Below, one piece after another: positions 1-14,812 of a DNA stretch of 64,000 bases. Source of the stretch: Rhodosorus marinus CCMP1338 (taxonomy: Eukaryota > Plantae > Rhodophyta). The stretch's first letter is position 1. Each line of letters starts with the position of its first letter. Where the stretch lies: positions 2,666,001 through 2,730,000 of the forward strand of contig JAMWBK010000001.1 in the NCBI GenBank assembly GCA_029953675.1, read 5' to 3'. The position numbers and the translations under genes were made by a program. The notes beneath the pieces were generated by a model. The model searched no databases, was not told the origin of the DNA, and saw only the letters and a list, made by a program, of their open reading frames with translations.

Positions 1-3000
1 AGGCGATCCAGGTACCTCCCAAGCCAGAGAGAGCTGCGAGATCAAACCAAAAAAAAGCGAAACGAGTAAGCACGCTGCGACTCTGTGACGTACGCGACCA
101 AGGGTTCGCTTTCACGTACCTGGATACCAGATATGGCAACGTTAAGCGCTCCGATGATCATGTTCAGCAGGTTTTCAAGAACATCGTTGAAAGGAGCCAG
201 CCACACAGCGAGCACGAACGAAAGCGTTTCCAGGGCCAGAATCAGCGACGCCTGGGCCACCGGGACCGACGGCATCGCTCCAATGACGATTCCTTCTAGC
301 GCAATGATGACCAACTCAATTAAAAAGTAGTAGAAAAACTGGCCTTTGTACGACATGAACAGGGTCCCGAACATGGATGGAGTGTCGTCACTGGGGCTCT
401 CCGGTTGCCATCGCCCAGAGAAGCGCCTATGCTTACGCTCTACATAGGCGTATCTAGTAATCTCTCCGTCCCGACCCCAGGTAGCATCCATACGTTCACG
501 TTCCTCCGACCACGGCCTGTTTTGAAAAGCGTAAACAATATCACATGGTAAGCACAGGCACATTCCCACTTGACCCCTACCCGAGTCAAACGGACGTGTC
601 GATTTCCGCTCACCCCTGAAACCATCTCCAACGGCCCGATCTCAACACGTGCCTCGAGAAGTAATGCCGGAGCCAGGAATGGTTAAGTCGAGGCCAAACT
701 CTCTTGCACAAGATGTAGAGGACGAAAGCGGGGTAGCCAATACCAAAGATGATGAGGATTAGAATCGCACAGACAACCAGGTAGGTAGCTGTCGTTGAAG
801 CATTGTTTAGAACCTCGGAAACACTGATGAAGATTCCCAAGTGTACCAGGTTCAGAAACATGAGCTCAACCTTGGTCATAATGCGCATGCACACGCTGTG
901 GGCCTGACATTGACACCACAGATAAGCGGTGACGTGGGTTAGCTAATCAACGTCGAGTAACGCGCGCACATCCAAGCTTTCTGCATGGTTTCACGGCAGG
1001 CTTACCTTTCTCTTTCTCTTACGCAGCCATAAGTGAAGCACAAGATGGAGGGAGACAGCGATGCAAACGCTCAGCGAAATGTAGAAGAGCTGTCCAATGA
1101 ACAGTTCCTGAAAGTCCTGGTAACCAATCGCATCGTAGAAATTCGACACGCTTAGGAGGTCACGACTCGCGTTCTCCGGCGAACTGGCTACCTCTGTGCC
1201 CCCTGTACTCCACGGTGGGGGTGCTCGAAGCAGGTACCCCGAGGTCTGTGCGGCCACGCTCTGGTCAAGGTTTGGATAATGAAGGTTTTCACGTGAGATA
1301 GGGGCAATCAACCGATATTAAGAGAAAACTCGGAGAATCCTCAGGGCCAGAATGTGCTCGGGTTGAACGTACAATGAACGGTTCCGTGGTTCCTACGTTG
1401 ACCAGTCCGCGAGCCGCCAGAAATTGAACTGGTGTCACAACCTTGTTCACCGTATTAACGGCTGATGTACTCGCTACCTTCAACGGTGCCATGAGGTCAG
1501 ATGCTTGTGTAGCAGTGTCCGCTCCCATGATGACAGTGGCCGTCTGGCCACTCAGCCCGAAGACCAGAGCAATTGCAACTGTGGTTGCAATAATTGCATT
1601 GGAAAGCACTGGGACGTCTTCAACGAGGGCAGATTCTTCTCGGCTTGACTCCAGAAATTCAAGGTTGAATCCTGTAATACCGTCGAACTCCTCACTTTCC
1701 AAGCTCTGCTGGATCGTGAACAGAAGCTCATCCTCAGACCCGGCGTCCACCCAGTACCCGAGTTCAACGACAGTCGACTCCTCTGCGGTGGATTCCACGT
1801 CCGGGGCCTCAGGCTCACTTTCCTGCCTCCCCGAAAACCATCCGGCGAGCATCTGTTGCCTCGTCTGTTCTGAAGGGGGTGCGTCCGCGTCTCCAACAAA
1901 CACTTGCGTGACGCTCTCTGGGTATGCATCAACGAACGCAGTTGAGTCGGCTTGCGCAGCCAGCTGCTCAAGGAAAAATTCTACTCTTTGGAAGTAAGCA
2001 GTCGTCGCTAAACCGGTGATTTGGTATTTGACCATCACTTGTTCCTTGTTGACGGGCGGAATAAAGTCGGGCCCAAAGTTTGTAAAGACTGCACCCTCGG
2101 GAAACTGAAACGGAATCACAGCATCCCCGACCGCTTTCCTAAGCTCTAGCTGAATATTGCTCCCAAGTCCCATACCAACGATAAAAGTGATAGAGTACTC
2201 AGAGCGCCTTCTATCTCTTTCCCGCCGATCCACTAGCTCGAAAGCTTCGTACCTAATTGGGCAAAACAGAGCACACACAGGATCAACCGCGAAAAGTTGA
2301 GTCCACAGAAACTTCCCGAAATATCGCGTCGCAGGTATTAGTAGTGGTTCCGGCAGAACATACACTTGAGTACTATTAACGTCACGCAAGAGGAGCTGAT
2401 AGTTGTAACGAGAAGCGATGGGCATATTAAACCCCGTTACAGTCACCAGGGCCCCTCCAAAAGCCGGAAACGGTTCATCAAATTGAGCTCTATCAACGAG
2501 CGCTGGCGCTTCCCTCCAATCCAATTCCGTCACCTCCAAAGTGTAACTCGCGTCAGCGGAGTTCCCGTCAATATTCAATCCCGGCAGAATCAAGTGCACC
2601 CTGAAGACTCCCGAATTCCCGACACGATTCTCGTTGAATAAAATAACGAATTGCGACCCGTCCGAGGTCAAGCCCAAACGGCAATCTGATTCCGTAAAAT
2701 CAAACGACCCATCCTCATTCGGAATGATCGTGTTCGGCGGACAGCTACTAGCGAACGTCACCTGACCCCAATCCGTTTCCTGGTCCACCTCTACTTGAAC
2801 GTCCTCAATTGTGGGATTGTTGAACGAAGAAGACGATTCCGTAAAAATACGCGCTCCAACTGCAGCTACAGGGTTCTCGTTGCGCTCTGCGAGAGATGCG
2901 TAAGTTAGAGTCTGATCAGTCAGGATAGCAGGCCCAGATGTAACACCTGTCAGGAGGATTCCCTGCACAAAAATACGGAATCTCATTGTGTAGGAGGTGC

Positions 3001-3715
3001 TTGGGCTTTCTCGGTCTTCAAACGTCACATCAACCTCCGCAATCCCCAGATTGTCAGGCTGGATTGGTATCTCCATGGTGACATTATAAAGGGTCACGGG
3101 AGGCGTAAGATCCCCAACAGAATCCAGCAAATCCACCAGCACCTCCTCAGGATCCACCAGACCACTGTCGTTCGAAACAACCTGTGGTGGAAAGAAGCTG
3201 TCGATATTCCTCCCTTCTGGAATTCGAAGAAATACCGTTGCGGTGACCTATGGAGGCAAGAGAAGTCATTCTTAGCCATTCGATTCGACCTTGACGCTTC
3301 TAGTGCTTCCAGTCATTGACCCTGACAATACGCGGGGACTCAACTTACGATATCAGCGCCATCGACGCCATCCTGCATCACGTCGCGGGTTGCAACGCCG
3401 TTTGTAACCGCAATCTTGCCAGCGTCGCAATACGGGGGCTGTTCGTCAACGCTCCCAGGGTCAGTCTGCAATTGACAGTAGGTGACCCCCAGCGGGACGG
3501 ACTCCGTGACATCTACTTCCTGTCTGTTTGCCTCCTGCGCAAAATCTACACCTCCCGGATACGCCTTCATCAGATCATCCGCTAGAATCTCCTGCACCTT
3601 CAGCGCCCACTCATGGTGATTCGCCCGCACGGCGCCAAACAGCAGCACCCAGACCACCAGGAACCGTACTCTGGAACCTCCTGGGCCTCTTCTCTTAAAT
3701 TTCCAACTCTCCATA
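1..3715 (-). CDS. Large secreted-ectodomain multi-pass membrane protein with TRP-like (PF06011/Flc-Pkd2-type) C-terminal TM region; 3' end runs off window
   Basis: Signal-peptide-like VRFLVVWVLLFGAVRA; GT-AG intron ~3348-3249 joins to the 622-aa beta-rich ORF 1289-3157; several hydrophobic exons follow (991-1311, 610-894, 42-569), including FGTLFMSYKGQFFYYFLIEL...AQASLILALE...LAPFNDVLENLLN, which resembles the TRP-like family pattern. Confidence 0.6.
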
Positions 3716-4079
3716 TTCAGAGCTTCAAAGTCCTCAGCAGTGGTCATCCGACCCAGACTGCCGAAGCCTCTTCAGTCTCAGAATGGAATACCACGAATTC
3801 CATCCATACACTCACAACCAAACGTTCGAATTCAACATCTCCAAAACCATTGCCGAGGCTCCTTCTCCCTCCGGATCCTTCTCGCTCGTCCAGCCGGAAT
3901 CTTTGACGAAACCCCACAAACAGAAAACACCACCAACCCAATTCCCCACGGATCACGTGCTTGCCCCAAAAAAAACGCTTTGAGGGCCTTCGACGTTTTC
4001 ATACCAACGCTCACCCTCATCCCCCTCCCCCCCTCTCCCACTCGCTCCTCCGTCCCAAGCTAGATCTCGCGTCCTCTCT

Positions 4080-6400
4080 CACGGATAACTCTCCCCAGTA
4101 TCCCTCCCTCCATATAAGTCTACATGTTCACCAAGTCTCCAGAACAAAACACCCCCACCCCCACCCCCTTTTCACGTGGTTCATAAACACAGATTCCTTA
4201 ATATCCAAAACAATTTCTTCTATCAGAAAACTATTCTACTCTTAACAATCTGGGGGTTAGATATTGACTCACACACCACTAGGATGAGGTGCAACGTGCG
4301 TTCTTGGCTTTGTTTTTTGCTCAATCCACACACACCCGAGAGACCCACTTCTGCCCACCAACTTCATCATATTGAACCGGAAAGGAAACACCAAAAAAAA
4401 ATTGTTATCCCCCCCTTGCGACTCTCACTCCTCTGTTCTTTATCAATATGCATCGGGGTCGATAAGATAGAAATATTAGAAGAAAAATCTGAGGTCGGGG
4501 GGTTTATGCCTAGCAAACCATTAATGTTCGGTAAATTTTAGCCCGTACATTTTTGCCGCGTCGATGGATCCTTGTTTAGATAAAATAAAAACATCGAATG
4601 CCGCCATATTTTCGGGTATTGGCTTGATTTTAGAATTTTTCATTATCCTTTTTCACGCTCAATTTCGTTTTCGGGTTTCCAGATCGAGCAAGGTCACGTT
4701 GGTAAAAGGGGGTGTCGAGTTGAAGCTTGTTTGTTTTATTTTGATATATTTAGGCTAATGTATTTTTATAAATCGATCGTTGATTTTGGGGGGTTGGAGG
4801 AGGGCCTAGCATATCTTGCAAATTTTTTTCTTGATTGAGGAGAGAAATACTTTCTGGAAGGCTATTCGTCCGTTTTGCATAATCGTGCGTTTTATCTTCC
4901 ATTAAAAGCGATCGATTCACAAACCTGAACTTGGTTTTTCATACATTTACGAGGTTTCCGCAAAATATATCAAAATATAACCCCAAAAGGAAATATTTTG
5001 CCCATCATCGGATGGTGGGGAAAAAACCAGAACTCGGATTTTTGTATAATTCAATTAATTTCGACCAACGAGCCCTTTTGACCGCTATGATAAGTCGGAT
5101 TCGATTGGACTAGAAGTCTCCTTTGCATTCCCCATTGGGTGATAATAATGATTGAATGATGTCGTACGAAAAAAGACAAAGTATGATCGGAGATTTTTTT
5201 TCGGTTCGATGGGGAACTCTTCTTCACTGACGAGCAACAAAACACTCTTGCCATTGAAAAAAAGAAAGCCACCGGTCTTTTTTGCTTAGTTCACAGAAAT
5301 ATTGGAGAAAGGGGAAATGGGGGATGTCGTACTGGATCGAAGAAACCCAAAACCAGTTTAGAGAATATAATTGAGCATATTTCCAGGTCACTTCCACTGG
5401 CAATCGAATATGAGCTTGTAGACTTAGTTAGCAAATAAATTGACAATTATTTTTGAGCGGTGTTTAGCATTCTGAGCCTCTTCGTTGGCCACTAATCACC
5501 AATCATATTCGTTCCCTCTTCAATGGAGCTTTCCGCGCAAGGCCCAAGGCCAACATTCCAAATCTTCCTATTTCTTCAAAACAACAAAAGAAACGCAATC
5601 ATCCTCTAAATAGAGCCAAATTAGACATGTGTACTGGCGTGAATGTGTGTAAGGCGTGCCTGCCTCATCCTGACCGAGAGAAACGACAAGAAAAAATGAG
5701 CAAAACTTTATCTACGAATAGAGCATCCCATAGCAGTAGGATTTTGGGCCAGCGCCTTTTGAAGTGCGATATTCGTCCTTCCTGCATAGTTACCACTTTT
5801 TTCTTATGAATTTTCCCATTTCCATATTCTCTTAGGGACTGTTAATGCTAATAGGGATAGTTCGACCGCTTCGGGGGCGACTTCTTCTTGATGGACATTC
5901 TCTGGTTGCATCAAAGTTAAACAACCAAAATTCAAGGAAATGAATCCTTCCCCTCTTTTTTTTTTCCTCACCCATGGTGATCGATCGTTTTAACTAGGGA
6001 TCTTCTTTAGATTTAGACTAATTGATCATATTTTGTGCAAGTATATAGCTCTTAATTTTCACTAGAACAAATAACCCATCAATGGAGTACATAATATAAA
6101 ATATTTTCACCTAGTTTGGGTCACTATCCAGACGTTCTCCTTTCAACCCCCTGGCTAAGCATTATTCCATTCCATAAAAAAAAGGATTCGTTTTCTTTGG
6201 ATTTGCAAAGAATAGACCTGCATAGCCACTTCAAGCAATTACGTACTGACACACTTCCGACGCGTATTTTCGTCCCAAGTCAACAGAATATTTACCCCTA
6301 CCCTAAAAAACTGACATGTTTATCCTCAAGGAAAATATAAAATACTAATTATTAATCCGGTTAGATGGCGGTTGTGTCTTGAGACGCTTTGCTTTACTTT
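4080..6400. promoter_or_regulatory. Long AT-rich intergenic/upstream region
   Basis: A/T homopolymer-rich, no credible ORF, upstream of the minus-strand membrane-protein gene. Confidence 0.4.
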
Positions 6401-7800
6401 TCGTTAAGAGGTCGATTGCGAGGATTGTGGGCAAAAAAAATGAAACCGCCGCCTGAGTGAATTCAGAACAAGTCAATATGCTTTGCCAATTCTTGCTCGA
6501 GGTGCGGGACGCTTTTAGTGAATGACGCCCTTTTGACTTTTTGGGGGACGGAGCTGATGTTTTCTGATAGTAGGCTCCCGCAGCACTGAGCCAGTTGCAA
6601 GATTTTGGCGGGCTACACGTTACTGGTTCGAAATTGGATTCGGTTCGTTGTTCGGGCTACTGTTTTGAGCGAGGTTTACTCAACGTGGACGTTTATACAC
6701 TCGAGCGTGGAGATTGGGTCCTTGGACCTTGAAGAGGCAAGCACAAGAGGGTGGGCTGCTTAGCGGAACGGCGCTTTGAGTTCTCACCCGAGGGAAGCTG
6801 TAAACAAGTCTGCACGCAGTGGCTGGGGAAGATGCGTTGGCTCGGTTACCCGACGCCTGGTCGTTTCTGCGCTCGGAGCGCGTGGAAGAGTCGTTCTTGC
6901 TCCCCTCAACGTGAGGCGCATACTTGTCGGTGTAGAGGTCGTCCACAGAGAATCGCAGAGCAGTAGGCATTGGTTGCCTACTTCCCATTGTACGTGGACA
7001 ACCTAACTTGACGGGAGACTCACAACGAAACCGCCCGCTCCGTCGCCAGCCTGTGGAGGAAATTCACTCTTTTCACCGTCGGCCCAAAGCTCCCCCATTT
7101 GGTACTGAAAAGGCCCGGCGACACAATGGGGAACAGTCTATTTGGGTGACTCGTATCTTTGCAAAGATCACGAACTCTGAAGCTCTCAATGACTACAAAT
7201 TACTTCGGACCGCGACCCGGACTGGGGTCTTACCTAGTTCGCGTAACACTTGACTTACGGTGGACCCTCTCATAGTGCCGGAAAAGTCCACTTGTCATAG
7301 CCTCTCCTCACAAGGCCAACGGAGACTGGCCCAGCTTTCCACCAAGTAGTGCAACTGAGTTAGCTGGTGTCCTTGACAGCCTGTCCATCCATGTCTTTGA
7401 ACGGCAAGTCATGTACTAAGCAACATGCCCGAAAACATTCAAAATTGAAGCCGTCGTTGGTTCCTACTGTCATTCCCGGTTATAGCGGTCACTCCCATGC
7501 CAATTTGCGCTGACATTGTTTGCAAGCGCGGAATACTAACAGAACTGTCAAGAAGCATTGCTCATGGAATTCTCACTGAACATCGAAGACGGATCGGCAA
7601 ACCAAAACAAGCAAATTTTATCACAGCGTATTCGAAACCCGTTCAATCGGCAGCAACCCGAGGAAGCATGGGACGGGTCTTGTCCCAACCCATGCTTCCC
7701 GCACCGACCGTCCCCATTCGAGAATATCACATTTCCCAGATATTTTTGAGATTTCTCAATGCCCTTAATTGAGTGGGAGGGCGTTTCACATCCGACGAAG
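6400..7800. pseudogene. Coding-like (~50% GC) segment without intact ORF
   Basis: Composition resembles neighbouring exons but frames are interrupted; no homology recognised. Confidence 0.3.
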
Positions 7801-7975
7801 ATGGAGGATTCCGTCGGGACGGAAGGGTTTTGAGTCGCACAGGAGTTATAAATAGCGACGGGGGACTCGGAGAAGTTCTACGTCAAACGTCTTACGTCAA
7901 GAGGCGGAGGGGAATGTGTTGGAAAGGGTGTGTGTGAGAGGGGGGTTATAGAGTGCGATGGCACTTGGGCGTTGA

Positions 7976-9734
<1,759 letters not shown>

Positions 9735-10010
9735 GCCCGACGTCTCCGCGCTTCGCTTTCTCCTGTTTTGTATTCGCATCCCCTCTCCAAAAGTCGCCAG
9801 TAATTGTACTCCTAGAAGAGGATATCCTTTCGTCCTGAGACGACTTCTGGCTCCATGATGGTTGTTGACGTGCAAGAGCAGTCCTCACCTAGTTTGAGTC
9901 TGCCTTGGTGACCAAGTCCAATTGAAATTGGTAAGTTAAATTTACTGGAAATTTGTATTATCTAGGTTGCGGACGTGATGCCTAAAAAAAAATGCCAGGA
10001 GGTGCTGCTG

Positions 10011-11300
10011 TTACATGGCAATGTGAGCGTTATACGCTGCCTCATCTTCCGGGAAGCTCGAATGAGACAATCGGGATTGTTTGCCGCGACCGGTCTCGCC
10101 TCTCCGTGAACACAGCTGCAAGCGCCGGACACTATTTAGGTCGCGCCATCTCGAGCAGCGCCCCTTGGCGCAAGCTGGAAGTGGTCCGAGTGCTCCTGAT
10201 CCCCGCACATCACGTCCGCAGGCTTTCAGGAGGCCATGCCCCAACAGCACGTATCCACGTTGTTTTTGGTCAACGCTGATGGCGAGTATAGTGCCCTCGA
10301 GCAAAACTCAGATGTCACCATACTGAAAAATGACATCGTCTGAAATTTCTCTACGGAGCCGTTGAATTTCGATTGAAAATGGAAGAAACTGCTCCGGGGT
10401 CGCAAGGTCACGGCGCCGACTTCTTACCCCAAGATGCAACTACTTCCCGTATCCCCTTCTGCGGTGAGGCCCTAGACTCTTTCCCAGCGGAGATCCAAGC
10501 GAACTTTTCGTTGTGCTCCTGAGCACTGGTTGACCACTCCTTTAGAGTTTCTCTGCTGACCGTAAACGCATTGAGGTACTCTTCACCCACCCCGTCCTGC
10601 TGTAGAGCAGTGGTAAAGTTGATTGGTAAGATACCCCCGAAAATCGAAAGCCGAATCCGTGTCCCTCGACGAGCGACAAGACACGCAATCCACCACCTAC
10701 TAGTACCCTGTGTGATAGATCGCCGTTTGCTTACCGCCTTACAATCCTCGTCATCGGAGCTCTTGAAGCTAGATTGAGTATCCTCATTTCCAAGAGAGGT
10801 TCCTAGAGAATGCTGCGAGATCTCAAGCGATCCGTTGTTCTGAAGAGGTCCGGCTGCAAGTCACGCAAGAGGATAATTTGGCACGAGACAAAATACACAC
10901 CGGTTAGCAAATACATATCTGATGAAAGCGTATCAAAAAAAAGCAATCATAGATGCAGCTGTGGCCCTAACGTACGGTTTTCGAGGCATTGGAGAACGTC
11001 ATCCCAGTTCTCCAGGGACTCGGAGTACTTGTGCAAAAGTCCTGCCGACTTGGCCGAGCGGGCACCGGACTTTTTCGAGTTACTTCTACCCGCAGAATTC
11101 TGTTCATCTCCACCGGGCGAGATTAATAAACTGTCCTTCGCAGTGCTTTGTACGGACTCGCTTTCCGTCGGGGCTGTATCCTGACCTGCCACCAGCTCCT
11201 CCCTGCGAGACTGGCCCTCGACGATCTCACGATCTGCCCCGAGAGCTTTGCCCCCCATCCAGGCACAGTGGGGTACGTCCTAGATGAAACCCCCAAACAA
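10011..11300 (-). CDS. Hypothetical multi-exon protein
   Basis: Consistent minus-strand ORF pieces (10947-11258, ~10410-10860, 10011-10304) with GT-AG junctions and a purine-rich leader; no family recognised. Confidence 0.45.
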
Positions 11301-11989
11301 CACCCCACGGGCACCCCAAAATCTCATCCTTTCCAGAAACTAAACATCACCCACTCAAACCCCCCCTTCCCCGGCCAAAAAAACTCACAAATATCCAAAA
11401 TCCAAACCACAAACGAGCACTTTCCCTTACCACACCTCTCTTACATCCATAGAAGAAGCAAAAAGCTCCTCCCCCCACCAAGAACCTCTCTAAACTCACT
11501 TCTCCCTCTCCCTCTTCCTCACTCACAAACCCAAACTCCCGAAGAAAGATGAAACTAAAACCACCAAAACCAAAAAATAAAAACCCAGTTCTCTAGACTC
11601 TCAAAGGATTGTACCATCTACAAAATCAAATCCAGAATGCCCTCCTCATCCAAACACTCCTCCCCCAACCCCAACTCACCAGTCTCCCACTCACCTTCAT
11701 ATATATCTATCACACCATCACAAACCCAAAACCTATTTTTTCGGGGCCTCGTCAAACACGTCTAAAAACAACGCAAAAAAAATTCCGACTTTCTCATCCC
11801 AAAACCCTTTCAAAACCATCAAAAATCGAACATTCCACTTAAAAAGTCCATTTTTAACCCGAAAATCCCCATTTCCAAACTAAACCAATAAAACAAAATA
11901 AATTAGGAACCCGCTCCGATCTTCAAGATTTTAGTCCTTTTGAATTTATAAATAAAACATGTTTTGGAAGTGAACAGTGGTGAGTTCAA

Positions 11990-13900
11990 GTAGGTGCGCT
12001 AGGGGATCGAAAATATGTGGACAGCTGTCCTCGGAATTTTCCTTTTAACGGAAATTGTGTGGAGGCGGTGTGGGGTTGGGTTTGATCTCTTTTGAGGCGG
12101 AGGCTGACGGTCATGGAAGGAGGTACACTCGGTCGCCTCCAGAGCTGGAGATCTAGAGCAAGAGAGTCCGGCTCGAAAGAAGTATGCAAGCGGGAAAAAG
12201 CACCACGGCGGTCGTGACCAAGCACCCCTCAGGCCTGTCAAGGAGTTCAACCCCCGCCTCACGTCTGCTACAAACGGTAGAGGAAGTGTCCTCTGGAACT
12301 GTAGGCGGGCATGCGCATAGGAATGACTTTATCTGTCTCCCCGTTGAAGAACGCTGCTACCCATGCTAATTTTTCTACTGTCTGATCTGTAAGAACTCAT
12401 TGAGCGACCATTTCTATCGTTCTTGTAGTATGAGGTCGAGCCTCAATTAAGCCCAACCCCTCTGTTTTGTGGGATAAATGGTCAAGAACGTACACTAGAT
12501 ACCCTCAAGTAGTTTGCCGCTAGATATCGCGTGTATCCAAGCCAAGCCTCCGACATTCTCAGAATCATCGGCGGGCCGTTGACCCTTTTCTTGTTGCTCC
12601 GACTCAAACCTCTGGAGTGGGCGGGGTTTGGCACCAGTCATTCCAGTTCTCCTAATGAACTGATGATGGCCCGGGGCAAGTCGACCTCATCTTTGGTATA
12701 CCGCAACTTCGAACAAATTCGAACACAGATATCGTACTGATTGAGGGAAGTACAGCTGACCTGTTCCTCTCGAATCGTCCCGCATCCTCCCCGTTTCCGG
12801 TCATTTCGACTCGTACTTCACCTGAACGCTAAGCAGTCGGTCTTGTTTTTTGGCTATGCTTTCCAAATATGAGGTCAACCCAGGGTTTCAGCTCTTTCGT
12901 CTAAGACAACCAGGCTATTTCAGCCTTTTTTTAGCAAAGAGATATGTCGTCTGTGCTTGTTTTTTGCGCTTTTCCGTTGCAATACGCAAATATCCCTAGA
13001 TTTGAGGCAGAGCTTAACCGGTAGCGGAAGGAAACAGCCTGACTCATCCGCAACGCTCCAATGGGAGTTGCAGGCATACGCCGGAACCTGACATTCCAGT
13101 CGTTGTTCTCTTAAGAGGCTGATGATGCCTGACGTCTACTCTTAGCGCTTAGCACGCGTACTTAGGGTCTGAATACGGAAGAGCACTTCCAGATGAAAGC
13201 CGCGGCTCTCACGGTGCGCGAGTCTTCTGCTCACCAATACAAATGGAAGTTTTTACATCTAGATCGATGGTATACCATGCGTAAAAGTTCTTGCCATAAC
13301 TGCAAGCCAACCGCGCAAGAGAACCGCGGTACGTAGCATAAAATGACTCCTTACCAAGGATCATCGTGGTTGGAAACTCGATGTTCAGCCGATCTCAGGT
13401 TCGACTAGCTCAGATCGTTCTGAGAAAAATCCTCGTGCAGTTCTCCGTGTTTTATATGAACACAGAACCCCAACGCAAACCAAACCCGTTACACAACATA
13501 CGAGTACAATACGAGTTACAATATGAGCTACAATACGAGTTACAATACGAGTTCTCCTCGTGATCCAGAAGGATCTACGGATAGCAGTGACAGAGTATGC
13601 GGAGGAGGTGCGTGGACCTAACGCTGCCTTGTCCCCTCGGTGCCCTCTAGCTGCCTCTGCAGCTCCCGTCGTAGGGGCTTCTCTTCACCCAGGGACGAAG
13701 TCTTTTCACACCGCATACACCATCGATCTGAGCATCAACAACCCATTCCACAGGCGCTAATGAGGAGATCGATTTGTACGCGTTGAAGCTGAGTGACCAA
13801 CCGCATCCGGATAGTACACTAATCCCCCCCCCCCTTTCAACCCACGTACTAAGCAATCTGCACTTCAGGGTGGGCGTCCCACAAATCTCAACGATCACAA
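11990..13900. pseudogene. Coding-like segment(s) with interrupted frames
   Basis: Minus-strand frame QYDICVRICSKLRYTKDEVDLPRAIISSLGELE*LVPN...RYLAANYLRYLVYVLDHL reads as protein but contains stops. Confidence 0.35.
13495..13553 (+). repeat. 12-bp minisatellite (TACGAGTTACAA) x~5
   Basis: Direct inspection: tacgagtacaa tacgagttacaa tatgagctacaa tacgagttacaa tacgagtt. Confidence 0.9.
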
Positions 13901-14049
13901 AACTCATCTCCTTCACTTTGAAAAAAAATCTTGACAATCCAATATTAAGCCAATCACGACACGTTATAATTAAGACAGCCTGTCTAACCCATCCAATTGA
14001 AAAATATCTCCACCGTTTCATCAAAAAAAATCCTACATTCAGCACGATG

Positions 14050-14700
14050 GGTTTTATAGAAAAAAACTTATTCCTACTCCTTCAAAACACGGGGGTTAAA
14101 TATATTCGATAAAATATAATTAGTACATGTCAAAAAAGACCTATAAGCAAGGCTTCCAGAAACCACGACAATGGATACCTCCTAAAATAACGACTATTAG
14201 AATTCTAGTTGATGTACTGCAATGGCAACCCAAGGGGTAGGGAAATAAGGGCAATCAAAAAGAAATCATAATTCATCCTCGGCCCGGCTTTACCTGCTAT
14301 AGACGTCATCAAGAAATTCAATCTATGAGAGGATATATAATGTAAAATTGAAATGTAATTGACTATTTTATGGTAAATGGATTGATTAGATAAGTGACAG
14401 TAAAAGAAAAATCTGGACGTTATGCCTGTGTTTACCTTTTCGTTGGGAGATGTTGTTTCACGTCATGGAGAGACGGGTGAAGGTTTTGTTGTTGTAGGAG
14501 ACGTCGACTTGACTTGTGAAGGAGTTCGGGAGGTGTTGGTGTGGGGAGGGAGGGACGGAGGGAAGGGAGGGAAGGGTGGATGTGAGTTGGTATAGTAGGA
14601 AAGCCTTTTTTATATTTCTTGCTTTTGAGGTTGTTTAGTAGATTGGGAAGGTTTCTTTCTCATTTTTTTTTTTTTTACACTTCTCTTTAAGAGGAGTTGG
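14050..14700. promoter_or_regulatory. AT-rich upstream region of PPR gene with G-rich leader
   Basis: AT-rich core followed by a purine/G-rich tract immediately before the coding start. Confidence 0.45.
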
Positions 14701-14812
14701 GAAAGGTCTTTTGATTTTGGGAGAGTTTTTCGTTTTCGAGTTGGGAGATGGGGACGTAGAGACTGGAGAAGACGACTTTTTTTTTGTTTTCTTTTGGTGG
14801 AAGGAATACACT

